NCBI GenBank assembly: GCA_946965045.2
Contig: OX337236.1
Span: 3,100,001-3,164,000, forward strand
Length of the DNA stretch: 64,000 bases
Reading direction: 5' to 3'
Origin: Epithemia pelagica
Taxonomy: Eukaryota > Protista > Bacillariophyta
Under the pieces are notes generated by a model. That model was not told where the DNA came from and did no database searches. It saw nothing but the letters and a program-made list of their open reading frames with translations. Below, one piece after another: positions 31,727 to 43,576 of the stretch. Position 1 is the stretch's first letter. Each line of letters starts with the position of its first letter. The position numbers and the translations under genes are program-made.

Positions 31727-32447
31727 ACTTAAGATATCTGCTAGCTAGGTGTGATAACGACTTGATAATCGGGGTTAGTTCAGTTGGGTAGCAATGTTAG
31801 TCAACCTATCACGTTGGATCGACGATGGGGCCCTCACCTTCGGTCTACGATATAGGTTGACTCCTTTTGTAGACAACAGTTGCTTGCAACTTTTGTGTTT
31901 TAGAAAAGAGTGAGATTAATCTACATGAAAGTGATTTTCAGGTCTGATCGATCTCCGATCTCAAGGAGAACTTAGCCGCTCCATTTCTCTCTTGGAGAAT
32001 AGTTCTTCCTTGTTCTTTTTGTTCTTCATGATTAGATGAGAGTATTCACCTCTCCTGATTGTTTGGGCCTTATGAATGTTCTTTCTAGAAGGTACTTACC
32101 TTTGGAACAGGCCTGCTAGATCATCTGAAGATCGATCAGTATCTTTGTGTAATTCTCAATTTGAGAGAGAAGATATTACGACTAGAGGTATCGTCCAACT
32201 TGCGTTCGTATGAACGGATGTGTAGGCTCGCGACTTGCATTGTGCATGTATATGAATAATTAGTACATAAATCTTCCTGGACTGCTGGGTGAAGTTACTA
32301 TTCAGCTAAATCCATCTGTTGTTCGTCCGTTCAACTGCAACACGAGCGTCTGTCTTACTTCAGGACAGCTGCTTTCCTCTATGTCGTAGCTATGTCATGC
32401 TATGTCACACCTAGATCTAATGGTGCTAGATGTGCTATGTTGTAACT
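31727..32447 (-). repeat. 5' LTR (721 bp)
   Basis: Direct repeat of 21636-22356. Confidence 0.95.
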
Positions 32448-32452
32448 GCTAA

Positions 32453-33474
32453 AGGGTCATGCTACGGTAGTACTCAATCATCCCGATACTGAGACCAACG
32501 ACAACTGGGAACAAACGGTCGTCGTGTTGGGTGGCTTTCATCAAAGCCAAGGTGTCACCAAATCCGTTCTTGTATTGAATCTGGCAGACCCAGACAAACA
32601 GTGGCGAGAAGGACCACCCTTGAACAAGAGACGCCAGGAGCATGCCGCTGTTGTGTGTAATGGCGGCGTCTACGTGATGGGAGGGTACGGTGGCGGATAT
32701 TTGGATTGTATGGAACGCATTGATGCCAACAATATGGTACAATCCTCATTCAGAACAAGCACCACATATGAGAGTCATTGGACGACATTGACATGTCGAT
32801 TATCAACGCAAAAGTATGGATGTTGTGCTGTTGCGGTCCACAACCGATACATTGTTATTATGGGTGGCTACAATGATCGTTATTTGTCGTCGGTGGATAT
32901 TATTGATACCAGGAACCACACTGTCACTGCGGGACCAAACATGACTGTTCCTCGATCATACTGTGCCAGTGCGGTCATTGGTCACCGAATCTTTGTCGTT
33001 GGAGGCCGAAACGAGCACAACAGACGACTTGACTTGGTGGAGTACATTGCCTTTGCAATGCCTTGTGATAATGACAAGACAAAGGAGGGAACGGCTGCTA
33101 TAGTCAGTTCCTTCTCGTCCAGTTGGACCACTCATTCTGATCTGGTGCTTTCCAATGCACGAAGAACTTGTGCAGTGGTTGCCGTGGGATCCTGTCTGGT
33201 AGTGGCGGGAGGACTACACAATACAACTGTGGAAGTCTTGGATACGAGCCGCAACCGCGTGTGGAATCTCCCACCATTTGGGAATCACCGCTTTTACTGC
33301 ACTATGGTGACTGCTGCCAATCAAGTTATCGTGATTGGTGGATGGGGCGATCCTTCCTGTGCGACATTACAACTACTGGACAAGAATTCGTGGTGTTTTC
33401 GTCGACTCTGTGAGCAGCAGCCCAATGGATGGTATCATTCTTTTGAAAAAAAAAGTAGGTTTCCGAGATGCTGA
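32453..33474 (+). pseudogene. Kelch-repeat gene copy A, 3' part
   Basis: Kelch repeats with GG..Y/W signatures (VYVMGGY, IVIMGGYN, IFVVGG, VVAGG, IVIGGW). With the 5' part and one TSD copy it gives a 379-aa ORF (..EGGWLKGHATVVLNHPD..). Confidence 0.88.
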
Positions 33475-35019
33475 TATCTCACCCCTGTCGACCTCGACAT
33501 CAGCTCGTAAACGAACAAGGTCCGATGCGCACCGTGGTGATAGAGGAAATGATCAAGCTTGAAATGCAACATCATGGAAATTGTCATGTTAACGTCGTCA
33601 TTTTATGCTGTCATGAAGAGCATGTCACTCCTTTGTTATGTTGTGGATCCTATTAGTTAATGAAAAGGTCTAACTCACTTAACAGGAATGGAGGAGGCAT
33701 CCATCTTGTATAGCATATTATACGGCCGCACATGAATTTCCTTCTAATTTCATGACGTTGGAGGCAATCGGAGAGAACTATATGATACAAGATTCCTCCT
33801 TGTCGTCGTTGCGATCGTCATACTCCATCCATCCGCCACGGCCAGTTACTAGCATTATTGACGACTTGGGTGGTAGCAAGAGAGGCTTGTAGCATTTTCG
33901 ACGCCTCGACTGGTAGGACGTTTCCACCTGCTGGTGCAAAGGTCTCGGTGCCTCGGATCCAGCCATTTGTGAACCGTTTACGCTTGTCCCAATGTTCGTG
34001 CCGGAAGTGAAAGCAGTCCCTTTTCGGCACTCTCGTCTTGCCGGGTCCTCCATGATGTCGGTCCATCATCGTTGCTTTGGAATGGTGGCATCTTTGGATT
34101 GTTCGCAATAAGGACTCTACCCACACTTTGGCGACTTGGGAATTTCATGCCAGATCTCCAAACGTTCCACTGCGTTGGAATCGCGCCCTCAAAATTCATC
34201 GTCGTCCTCCTCTTTTTTGAGGATGATGTTTTGTTCCAACGTTTTGGTAGTAGAGAAACAGTGACCCACAGCGTTGGATGGCCCATTTGCGCACGCATGA
34301 TAACAATGTGGACCTGTGTGTGTGTGTGTATGGCTCCAGAAATGGTTGTTGCTTTTGGAAAAGTGGGCAGAGACTGGTGGTAGTTGGTGCTGTTGATGTT
34401 GCTGTTGACTCACACCGCCTTGTGTTTTTTGTCGTTTTTGGCGTCGTCAGTCGGTTGGTGAGGTCGTCCTTCTCGTTGTCTACCTAGTAAAAAGGGTTTA
34501 CTTACTTGGCGTCCCGACTGACATGCGGTGGCACAATCCTCATGCTGGGCGTTGCACCACGACGGCACCTCTCTTCTGTTTGTTGTTGCATCCTATGCAT
34601 TGATGCGGATTCCGAATCGCAAGGACAAGAAAAACAAAAAGAAGCATGACACTGTGGTAACGTGAATCACCCCTGTGACTTGGACCAACCACTCGGACAA
34701 CAGCCGTCTGCACGACACAATAACCACACGACAGAGAGATGAAAAGGAGGAGGATTTTACATGGTCCTTTTGTCTGTTTCCACTGGAATTGGGCATGATT
34801 GATGTCGGAGCCGATGGGGACTGTTTGGACGTTGGGCCTGGCCGTTTCTTCCATGGATCTCGTGGCATGCTTCACGTTCGTGTGTTGGAATTGGTGGCGC
34901 CCTTTTGCCATTTAGACTTTGCGCTGTCGTCCCCGCTCTCGAAATGGAAGTCACCTTGAATATGCACACGCTGATGTAGCTTTCTCGTTCAACCCAATCC
35001 TCATCCTGTTGCTCCAATC

Positions 35020-35330
35020 AAACAAACATAACGTTGCATGTTGGTCTCGTGCAACGGCCAGATTCAGTGCTCGTCCTTCCTTCGGTTGTGTATAGCTTCG
35101 GAGATGGCAGCAGCGGTCGGAAAGGACTCTTCGTGTCGTCGTCGTTCTCTCCCGGAGAAGAGAGAATGCCAAGTAGAACACACCCACCCACACCGTGCAC
35201 TTGGATTCCGCACAATCTCGAATCGGATGGGTGTGAGTGCATGTGCATGGAGTGGATGGTGGTGCTGTCATGAAGTTTATGTGCGATTCGGTGCCCCGCG
35301 TATGACCGTACGCACGACAGACACTTTAGC
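35020..35330 (-). pseudogene. 5' fragment of the DDAH-like gene
   Basis: Close copy of about 20700-20967 (RALNLAVARDQHAT), sitting upstream of kelch copy B. Confidence 0.75.
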
Positions 35331-35575
35331 TCAAAAACTTCCACGCGTTGTTGTCACAGCCACTCACAACTCACTCCACAAAACGCCCCTATGACACTGC
35401 AAGAACAAGAAGGGCAGTCTGGAAAGCGTGGACAGACACTACTCTGATGGAACGTGGCGCTGTCCCATGCGGCAGTCCGTACCCATCAGCAATCCCAGCA
35501 GCCGCAAAAACGGATTGCAATTTGCAATCTCTGCATTAGTCTCTCGCGATCATCATAAATTCAGCAATCAAAATC

Positions 35576-36774
35576 ATGAGCATGACACTGAAAGAACAAG
35601 CATGGCAGTCGGGCCTTGTCCTTTTGGACGAACATTCAGATTGGAATGACAACGATTGGCCTCCTCTTATGGGTGGATGGCGTCGCGATCATACTACGGT
35701 CGTACTTGATCATCCCGATACGGATAACGCTAGCAACAACAGGGGGCAGACGGTTGTCGTGATGGGAGGTTGGCAACCAGGTCAAGGCGAGCTTGATTCC
35801 GTTCTTGTATTGAATCTGGCAGACCGAGACAAGCAGTGGCGAGAAGGACCACCCATGAACAAGAGACGCCTGGAGCATGCCGCTGTTGTGTGCAACGGAG
35901 GCGTCTACGTGATGGGAGGATACAATGGAACATTTTTGGATTGCATGGAACGGATTGACTCTAATGATTTTAGTGCACTTGAGAGCCATTGGACGACATT
36001 GACATGTCGATTATCAACGCAACGATTTGGATGTTGTGCTGTTGCGGTCCACAATCGATATATTGTTGTTATGGGTGGCTATTACAACCATCGCTATTTG
36101 TCGTCAGTGGATATTATTGATACTAGCAATCACATTGTCACTGCTGGACCATCGATGACTGTTCCACGAGCATGCTGTGCCAGTGCGATCATTGGCCACC
36201 GCATCTTTGTCGTTGGAGGCCACAACGAGCACAACAGACAACTTGACTCGGTGGAGTACATTGACTTTGCAATGCCTTGTGAAAATGAGAAGACACAGAA
36301 GGAAATGGCTGCTACAGTCATTTCCTTATCGTCCAGTTGGACCACTCATTCTGATTTGGTGCTTTCCAATGCACAAAACATTCATGTGCAGTGGTTGCCG
36401 TGGGATCTTGTTTGGTTGTAGCAGGAGGACTAGACAATCCAACTGTGGAAGTCTTGGATACGAGCCGCAACCGCCCGTGGAATCTTCCATCATTCGGAAA
36501 TCACCGTCAAGACTTCAGTATGGTGACTGCTTTCAATCAAGTTGCCGTGATTAGTGGATGGGACGATCGTTCCTGTGCGACATTACCACTACTGGACAAG
36601 AATTCGTGGTGTTTTCGTCGACTTTGTGAGCAACAGCCCAATGGATGGTACCAGTTCCGGGAAGGAATGGGTAACCGAGATGTAAATCCAACATCCTGCT
36701 CTATGTCAACATGCATTCGTAAACGAGTCAGGACCAAAACATGTCATGGTGGTAAAGAGGAGGCGTGCACTTAA
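35576..36774 (+). pseudogene. Kelch-repeat gene copy B (frameshift near 36380)
   Basis: ORFs 35576-36421 and 36391-36774 together cover the protein of copy C. Confidence 0.82.
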
Positions 36775-36899
36775 AGTGCAACATTTTGCATGATACGTCA
36801 CAAACTGAGAGAGCAATAGAATGGAAATTGTACTCTCCAACAGTTGTCATGGTGATGTCATGAAATTTGGACCCTTTTAGAGGATCATGTCGCTAAGGA

Positions 36900-37445
36900 C
36901 CAAGGATGGAGCTCGAGGCATTGGATTGCAATTGGATGGACCACAACCACCATCATCCCAACCACCACAACGGGTAGGTGATCCCATGCAAATGTAGTAA
37001 CCGATCAACAACAACAACAAGGACGACAACAACAAGGACGACGACAAGACACGCGCGCAACGGAGCAACCACACCAAGACACGCGCGAGTCATTTGGACG
37101 GACCCATGGCTTGTGTTGGATCTCTCTATTTCACCCATTGTTGTGGTTGTTGTGTGTTCCCTCTTATGGTAGTTGTCACCAAACTACTACTTCTACCGGT
37201 TCTCTCTCTCTCTCTCTCTCTCTTTTTTTATTCATTCTCTTGTTTAAAATACACCATGATGTCACACACACACACTGTGCTGTTTTGTTATTTATACTAT
37301 TTGTAGGCGGTAGAGAGATGGATGGATATGATCTTTTATATATTAATGGATGATCTAGAAATACACAACCGGCGCAAACATTCCCACCCAACACGGGCAA
37401 ACCAAACCACTGGAGTAGAGAGCCGATTCATTTGTTCCACAGTAT
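36900..37445 (+). repeat. Copy of the kinase 3' coding end and 3' flank, fused behind kelch B
   Basis: CCAAGGATGGAGCTCGAGGCATTGGATTGCAATTGGATGGACCACAAC matches 19331 onward; similarity runs to about 19700. The distal part is shared with 54535-54880. Confidence 0.85.
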
Positions 37446-38092
37446 GCATAACAACAAGGACGACGACAAGAACAACGACGAATCCTTCTTTTCTGGAGAG
37501 AGAGGTTCCAGGAATCCTTTGGACAAAAACTCGATACTACACACTACCTATATCTAGTAGTTTGTTCTCCTCCTCCATGGTTCTTTCTGGACCCTAAGGA
37601 GGACGACGGAATCCCCGGATACCGGCTGCTGTCCTCGTTGGTTACTCTTCTCTCGCACAGACACTGGACCACACTGCCCACGACAAACAGTCCACCTACC
37701 TCTCAAGGCGAGGGCCATGAGCAACCGCACCAAGGAGATGGAGGATGAATCGGATCCAAGGAGAGTGACACACACATGTGTGTGTGCTAGAGGCTCAAGA
37801 CGTTTGAGGAATCCCAATGGCACACTATATACCGTCTAGCTAGGCAGGCAGTTTCTATTCCATACAGTACTGTTGGTATGTGTGCGTGTCGTTGTAATCA
37901 ATTGCGAGTTCCACCGACATAAAACAGTTTGTTTGGTTTCTTGCTTGCGCAACTGGACCCTTTTGAACAGTGTCGTCGTGTGTGTTCTTCCGCCAATAAT
38001 GGTTGTGCATAGCTATGGATCCGTTTCGCAAGGAATGATTGCACTGTGAACAACAAAGCATAGACTATAATACACTCTCTCCATTCATTCAT

Positions 38093-39590
38093 TCAGTTAT
38101 TGTTGTTGTTGGAATCACCCGACAGTGCACACGCAGTTTCACGAATCTTGTGTTTCAACGAGCCGTGGGTATCCAGTCCATTTCCTTGCAATACAAAGTA
38201 GCGCTTCATGGTTTCTGTACCATTGGCCAGAATGGGTTGGTCCAACATGTTGTAATAGGCGGTTCGATTCGATTCCAAATGGACAATTTGATCCAAGGCC
38301 GGTTGGGGATCCGAAAAGTTGTAGTAAATGAACGCATGACGGTTAAAAATGTCAAAGACTTGGTCCGTTCCATAGTAGAGTGGAATGCAACCGCCCCAAA
38401 AGGCCAAGACAATCTTTTCCGTGACGTATCCAGACCGAAATAGTTTGTCGGGAACCAAGCAAAAGCGATAATGCTGATACATTTTGTAGTTATCATTCCA
38501 TTTTCCCTGGGGCCACGGTGTGCGACGGACCAAGGACGCATTCCGCCGGGTGCCCCAACATTTGCCTCCCCGGTGCGCCATGGAAGAACTGGGAAGCGGT
38601 TGAGGCAAGTGAGCCAAAGTAGCGTTAAGTATCGAATCAAACGCCTTTTCTCTCATATGTTGGCAGTTGCTGTTGGTATAAATGAGAAAGGCCTCTCCCG
38701 TGTTGCTTGGCTTCTTGGAGTGGTCCAACAGCCATTCTTGTTGCTGAGCTGGGGCAATACTGACAACGAGGCTGCCAAAGAAGAGCTGTACGCTGTATTC
38801 CGAGTCTGCCACGTATCCCAGGTGAAGTGTGCGAGGGGGTGGATGATGGGAAAGAGTCCCTGCTACCGAACCTTCGGTCAAAGGAAGAGCAGATGACAAT
38901 AATGGCTTGGACACTCTTCTGGACTCGTGTTGTTGTGACGATTTGGAGTTCAAATATCTTTCCCAAAGCTCTCCGCCAAAGGGTTCTCCATTGATGTGAA
39001 AAATCATTCCTGGAAAAGAAAAAAAGCCACGTAGGGGGTGGTCCATACGGTCCCATGACGAGTACATCATGTTTGGTGGTATTCTCGATACTGGATTGAT
39101 TCTTCAAGGTAATCGTTTCGAGCCATTCAAATTCGGGATAAGTCTTGGTGAAAAAATGGGTTTGGTTGAAACCATAAATATATACGTGTGATGGTACGAC
39201 CGTTGGCCAAGGGTTGGCTTGACACTGGGGTCCAATAACCGAAGCTGCTGCTATCTTGGGGACGGAGAAGGCCTCGTCGTCACTCGAATCCATTCGCATA
39301 CCTTTCTCATGAGAGGTATTCTCGAGTGTTTGACGCCTACTACGAGTACTACTGCTGCTGGTTTCCACTCCATCCTGTATCCAGACAACCCCCATAAGAT
39401 CTTGATCCACACTCGGTATTCGAGAGAGTGAGCGGAGAAACAGCAAGAGAAGAATGGCAACTGGCAGCCGTTATGATATGCTTTCTATAGAGAAAGCCAG
39501 TGCAACAGTGCCAGGTACCATCACGTTTTCTTCTTCCTTGAATCAAGTTCGACATCTTCTTCATGAAACATTCAACGGCTTCCTCCAAAC
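38093..39590 (-). pseudogene. GT10 alpha-1,3-fucosyltransferase-like gene with frameshifts
   Basis: YRFCLV...GYVTEKIVLAFWGGCIPLYYG...FDIFN..AFI motif. The upstream part (39446-39030) is in another frame, shifting at a T-run near 39020; a further shift lies near 39450. Confidence 0.75.
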
Positions 39591-39773
39591 TCCCTCCAAA
39601 GAGAGACGCCGTGTAGTCACGAAAACAATCCGCGACGCATATGACCTGACGCGCGACTCATCGACAACCGTGATCTGAGGGCGACCCAAACGCGTTCTGC
39701 TGCCGTCGTCCGCATTATTCCCACAGCGTGCTCTACACGCAAACAAAACTTGCGTCAATCCACTACTGTCCTC

Positions 39774-40703
39774 ATGAGGGTTGCACGACGATCATCTACG
39801 GTTGGAATCCGTCGTCTGCTGGCTGCGACGCTTTGGTGGTGGACTGCCGTCGTAGTCGTCCTGGATGGAACTTTTGATTTTGGTCCCCGTCCAAATCGGG
39901 TGATCACCACCGCTGCTGCTGCCTTTACGGTTCCTACTAGAAGAATCTCCTTCCCGACCAGGCATCCATTTCCTACAACGACAACTACTACTACTGCCTG
40001 GAACCACCGCCACAGACAAACACCACAACCAGCACGAACAGCTTGTTCTTGTCACGTGACCCATCCGGAGGAGGCCCAGGAAACTCTCGAGTCAACCACC
40101 ACCACAAGGAAGAGCAGCAACAATCCGCACAACTTGCGCCACAAGTATCCATGGACGATTCGACTGTGGTCCATTACGACACCAACGACACGGATGTCGC
40201 AACAACAACAAGAAGAAAAAGAACAAGAACAGACGGTGTGGTTGCAATGCATGCCTCTGATTGGAGGACCGGAATGGTTGCCGGTCCATGTGCGAGTCTT
40301 GATTGAAGTGCAGCAACAACAACCGCAACAACCACTCACCATGGCGGTTCCCTTTTTCCTGGACAAACCCAAGGACCATCCTCCTCCTCCACCACGACCA
40401 CGACAATCACATGTCTGGTGGTGGGACTTTGTGCCCCACAATGCCACCCAACCCCAAACACTCCAGCGGCTGATTCAAGGTCAATCGGTCCCAGGATGGG
40501 TGCGATCCAATCAGGATCCTGATGACACAACCAACATGCCAGTATTGGTCCATCGGGCACACCAGTACAGTCAATGGTACGACAAAGACTTGAATTTACT
40601 AACCAACAATTGTTGGACCTTTGCCAGTCAATTGCTGTGGCACTTGTATGTGGAACCACCACAAGACGAACAAACAGAACCACCACCTCTTCTCGACCAA
40701 TAA
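39774..40703 (+). CDS. Hypothetical protein with N-terminal hydrophobic/transit-like leader and a PVHV...LLTNNCWTF motif pair
   Basis: Intact 309-aa ORF with ordered blocks (WLQCMPLIGGPEWLPVHVRV; WDFVP; NLLTNNCWTFA) between low-complexity linkers. Confidence 0.65.
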   Translation: MRVARRSSTVGIRRLLAATLWWWTAVVVVLDGTFDFGPRPNRVITTAAAAFTVPTRRISFPTRHPFPTTTTTTTAWNHRHRQTPQPARTACSCHVTHPEEAQETLESTTTTRKSSNNPHNLRHKYPWTIRLWSITTPTTRMSQQQQEEKEQEQTVWLQCMPLIGGPEWLPVHVRVLIEVQQQQPQQPLTMAVPFFLDKPKDHPPPPPRPRQSHVWWWDFVPHNATQPQTLQRLIQGQSVPGWVRSNQDPDDTTNMPVLVHRAHQYSQWYDKDLNLLTNNCWTFASQLLWHLYVEPPQDEQTEPPPLLDQ

Positions 40704-41154
40704 AAGTGTCCAGGATCGAGGACAATGACGACACACCCAACCAACACACACATACACAACAAGTCGTGAGGGACTCGGTTCGGCGGTCCATTCGAGAGTG
40801 GTACGGCTGCCGTTTGGCGTAGTGGTACTACAAACACGAGACCACAACAACCTCCTGATCAATGAGAGTACCGTATCAAGGACGACGACGACAACACACC
40901 AAATAACAAGTCGTGACGGACTTGGTTGGGTTGTGACGATTCCATTCGAATGGTACGGCTGCCGTCCACCCTAAGAATGGTGCTGCACCAAGAATATAGA
41001 CAAGGAACGAACCAAACCAGAACAATCCACACTGGAGTGCTTGTGTGGGAACAGCGTCTGTCACACACGATTCGGGGTGCCGATTGTTGGTTTTGGTTTC
41101 GTTCGGGGCAACTACCACCACACCAGGAAACTCACCAGGAAACTCGTAACAGCG

Positions 41155-42060
41155 TGGAACAACAAGAGTCGTTGGATGGAGGGAAACCGGCAGATCATTG
41201 TTCCAGGTTTGGTCGGTTAGAGTATGTATGTTGCGGACCGATCGTTGGCTGTGGGTTCTGAAAGAGCGTGTGTTGGTACGGATGCGGTCCCTGGATGCCA
41301 CCATGATGATGATCCTGATGACCATGATGACGACGACGACGACGACGACTTGGTGGTTTGTAGGGACTCACGGTGGTATCAACCACTCTTCCTCCTTCTC
41401 AGACTCGATTCGAAAGGGACAGTCTCGCTCTCTCTTGGCTTGGTTCTACAAACAGGAGGTGGAGGAGGAAAAGAAGGAGTGCAGGTATATATATCCGTCC
41501 ACCAACGAATTCATTGATGAAACAGACATAATAGCATGGGTCCCAGAGGAACCGAGATTCTCCGAAACAAGTGCCACTGGAATCGACCAGTGATGATGGT
41601 ACTAGAGTACTACTATTTCAAGATTTTGATGAACGGCGTGCCATGCTCCATCAGGACTCCAACAACAACGAGTGGATGGAACCGAACACGTGACACAGTT
41701 CCCTGTCGACAACCGTTGCATAGACGCACCCCAACCCTCAAAAAGCCTCCTTGGAAGGAAGCAAGAAATACTCTAGAAACAATTGCACCAGCCACTGTTG
41801 TGTTTTGGTTCCCACAACAAGAGACTGCACTTGTCCTGGCTGAGCGTAAGGCTTGGCCTCTTTTGTTGGTGGTTGCGTGTTGAAATTGAAAGAAATCTCT
41901 CGGTGGTCTGTTTCATGGATCATTTCCAGCAGTCATTCGGCGACCAATGGGCGGCGGCGTTGTTTGGTTCCTTCCTTGTTGCTTGGCTGACCCGGACAAA
42001 ACGTGACGAGGCGACGTAGTTTCGTAGTTTCGATGATAAACTTTCAAACTGACAAAAGGG
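41155..42060. repeat. Dispersed module X, copy 1
   Basis: Shares CTGGAATCGACCAGTGATGATG, CTAGAAACAATTGCACCAG and TGACGAGGCGACGTAGTTTCG with 43577-44430 and 56899-57430. Confidence 0.8.
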
Positions 42061-42286
42061 GGTCCCCCTCGTTCCATGTTCTACTCCCGGCAACAGCAAC
42101 AAACAAAATGTGTACGACACGCCGGCAGGTTTGGAGCGCTTGGCGCGCACAGAAAAGCCATGCTGCGCGGACCGCGGACCCCACCCAAAAACGCGTTCGG
42201 ATTTCGGATTTCGGATGGAAGTTTTGGCTTTTGCCTTTTGGCAGGAAGGCATTCTCCTCTTGTTGTGGACCTCTCGTCAACTCATC

Positions 42287-43016
42287 ATGCCAGTACTTGG
42301 GGAACTTTTCTACTTTACCCTTCCAGCTCCAGAACTGACCAAGTCGAAGTCGTTCTATTCCACCGTTTTTCGGTGGAAGATTGGGGGCGGGTCGTTGGGT
42401 GGACATGTTGCATCTCCGAATACGCCTCATGGTTTGTCTCCGTGTGGAAGAGACAACGACGTCTATTTCTTTACCAAAGATTTGGAAGAAAGTATGAAAC
42501 TTGTCCAGCAACAAGGCGGGAAAATTCTATCTCAAGCCGACTTCGAGAGCGTGGGTAAGGCAGCCTTTTGTCAAGACAACCAGGGCACGCATTTTGCTCT
42601 TCAATTTTGCTCTTCAAGAACCAAACCAGGACTTGATGGATCACGCCGAGAATCCCAAGAAGGGTAGTGAGCACGGGGACTTGTTCTTTTTCTCTCTCCC
42701 TGTCATGGACGAGGACATGGCCAGAACGTTTTACTCGACCGTGCTTGGATTCGAGTTTGGAGAAAAGGGTTCGCAAGGTGGGTTGGGATTTTCCAACTTG
42801 AAAGGTCCGGATGGTGGGCTTGGTTGTGGTCGCCCCGGCTCTCGACCCTCGTTTTGGTTCCGAGTGGAAGGCAAAGTGGAGGATACCGTCCAGAGAATCG
42901 AGCATGCTGGAGGGTCTTGTGGACCAGTCTTTGACGCTCCCGAGGGGAGAATGTCTGATTGTTCTGACGATCAAGGTGTCAAGTTTGGTATTGTCGAACC
43001 GGCCCAAGGATACTAG
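42287..43016 (+). pseudogene. Two-domain VOC/glyoxalase/bleomycin-resistance-like protein, frameshifted by a 13-bp tandem duplication
   Basis: Domain 1 FYFTLPAPELTKSKSFYSTVFRW...CQDNQGTHFAL; domain 2 FFFSLPVMDEDMARTFYSTVLGF...SDDQGVKFGI. ATTTTGCTCTTCA is repeated at 42591-42603 and 42604-42616; removing one copy gives a 238-aa ORF. Confidence 0.82.
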
Positions 43017-43576
43017 CGCAGCAGTCCCCTTGAGTTGAGTATTGGCTGGGATTCTATTTCTTTACTTGCAATGATGGTAGAGAGTTGACACTGGATCATT
43101 GGTAGACTAGCTAGCTACCTAGTTCCCCAAAACAGTTTGATTAAGGCACATGCATTAAACAAGAGACATATCCTATTGATACCATCAGACGTTGGAGATT
43201 GCAGTACAGCAAGAAGACATATCCCATCGATACCAGCACAAAAAAGGCCTCGGAGATTTGACTCTAAGAAATGTATCACGATGGGTCATGGGGTTTTTCC
43301 TTTCGCCGAAGCTCGGGGTTTCTGTTGTGGTTGTGTCTATCGATTCTTTCCTGTCAATATTCTTAGGCAGACACAGGGTGACTGTCCAGACGGTGAGTGA
43401 TCATTTCAACAGTTCTGCTGCGTTCAAGAGACAAGATTGTGCAAATTATGCAACATGAAGAAGAGGATTGGTAATACTAGCATGGATATACTGTGTATGA
43501 AAGGTGTACAACTTCATAAACTACAGTAACATGCATCAAGCACCATTCCCACAAAACGAGAAACCTCGCAACACGA

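Larger units (their letters stand above)
21636..32447 (-). mobile_element. Full-length Ty1/copia (CoDi-like) LTR retrotransposon, 10,812 bp
   Basis: Two 721-bp LTRs, TSD GCTAA (21631-21635 and 32448-32452), PBS, PPT, gag, and pol in copia order PR-IN-RT-RH. Confidence 0.96.

Noticed and set aside
33560-34900. Possible degraded gene on the minus strand
   Set aside because: Only scattered protein-like fragments across frames; no family could be assigned.
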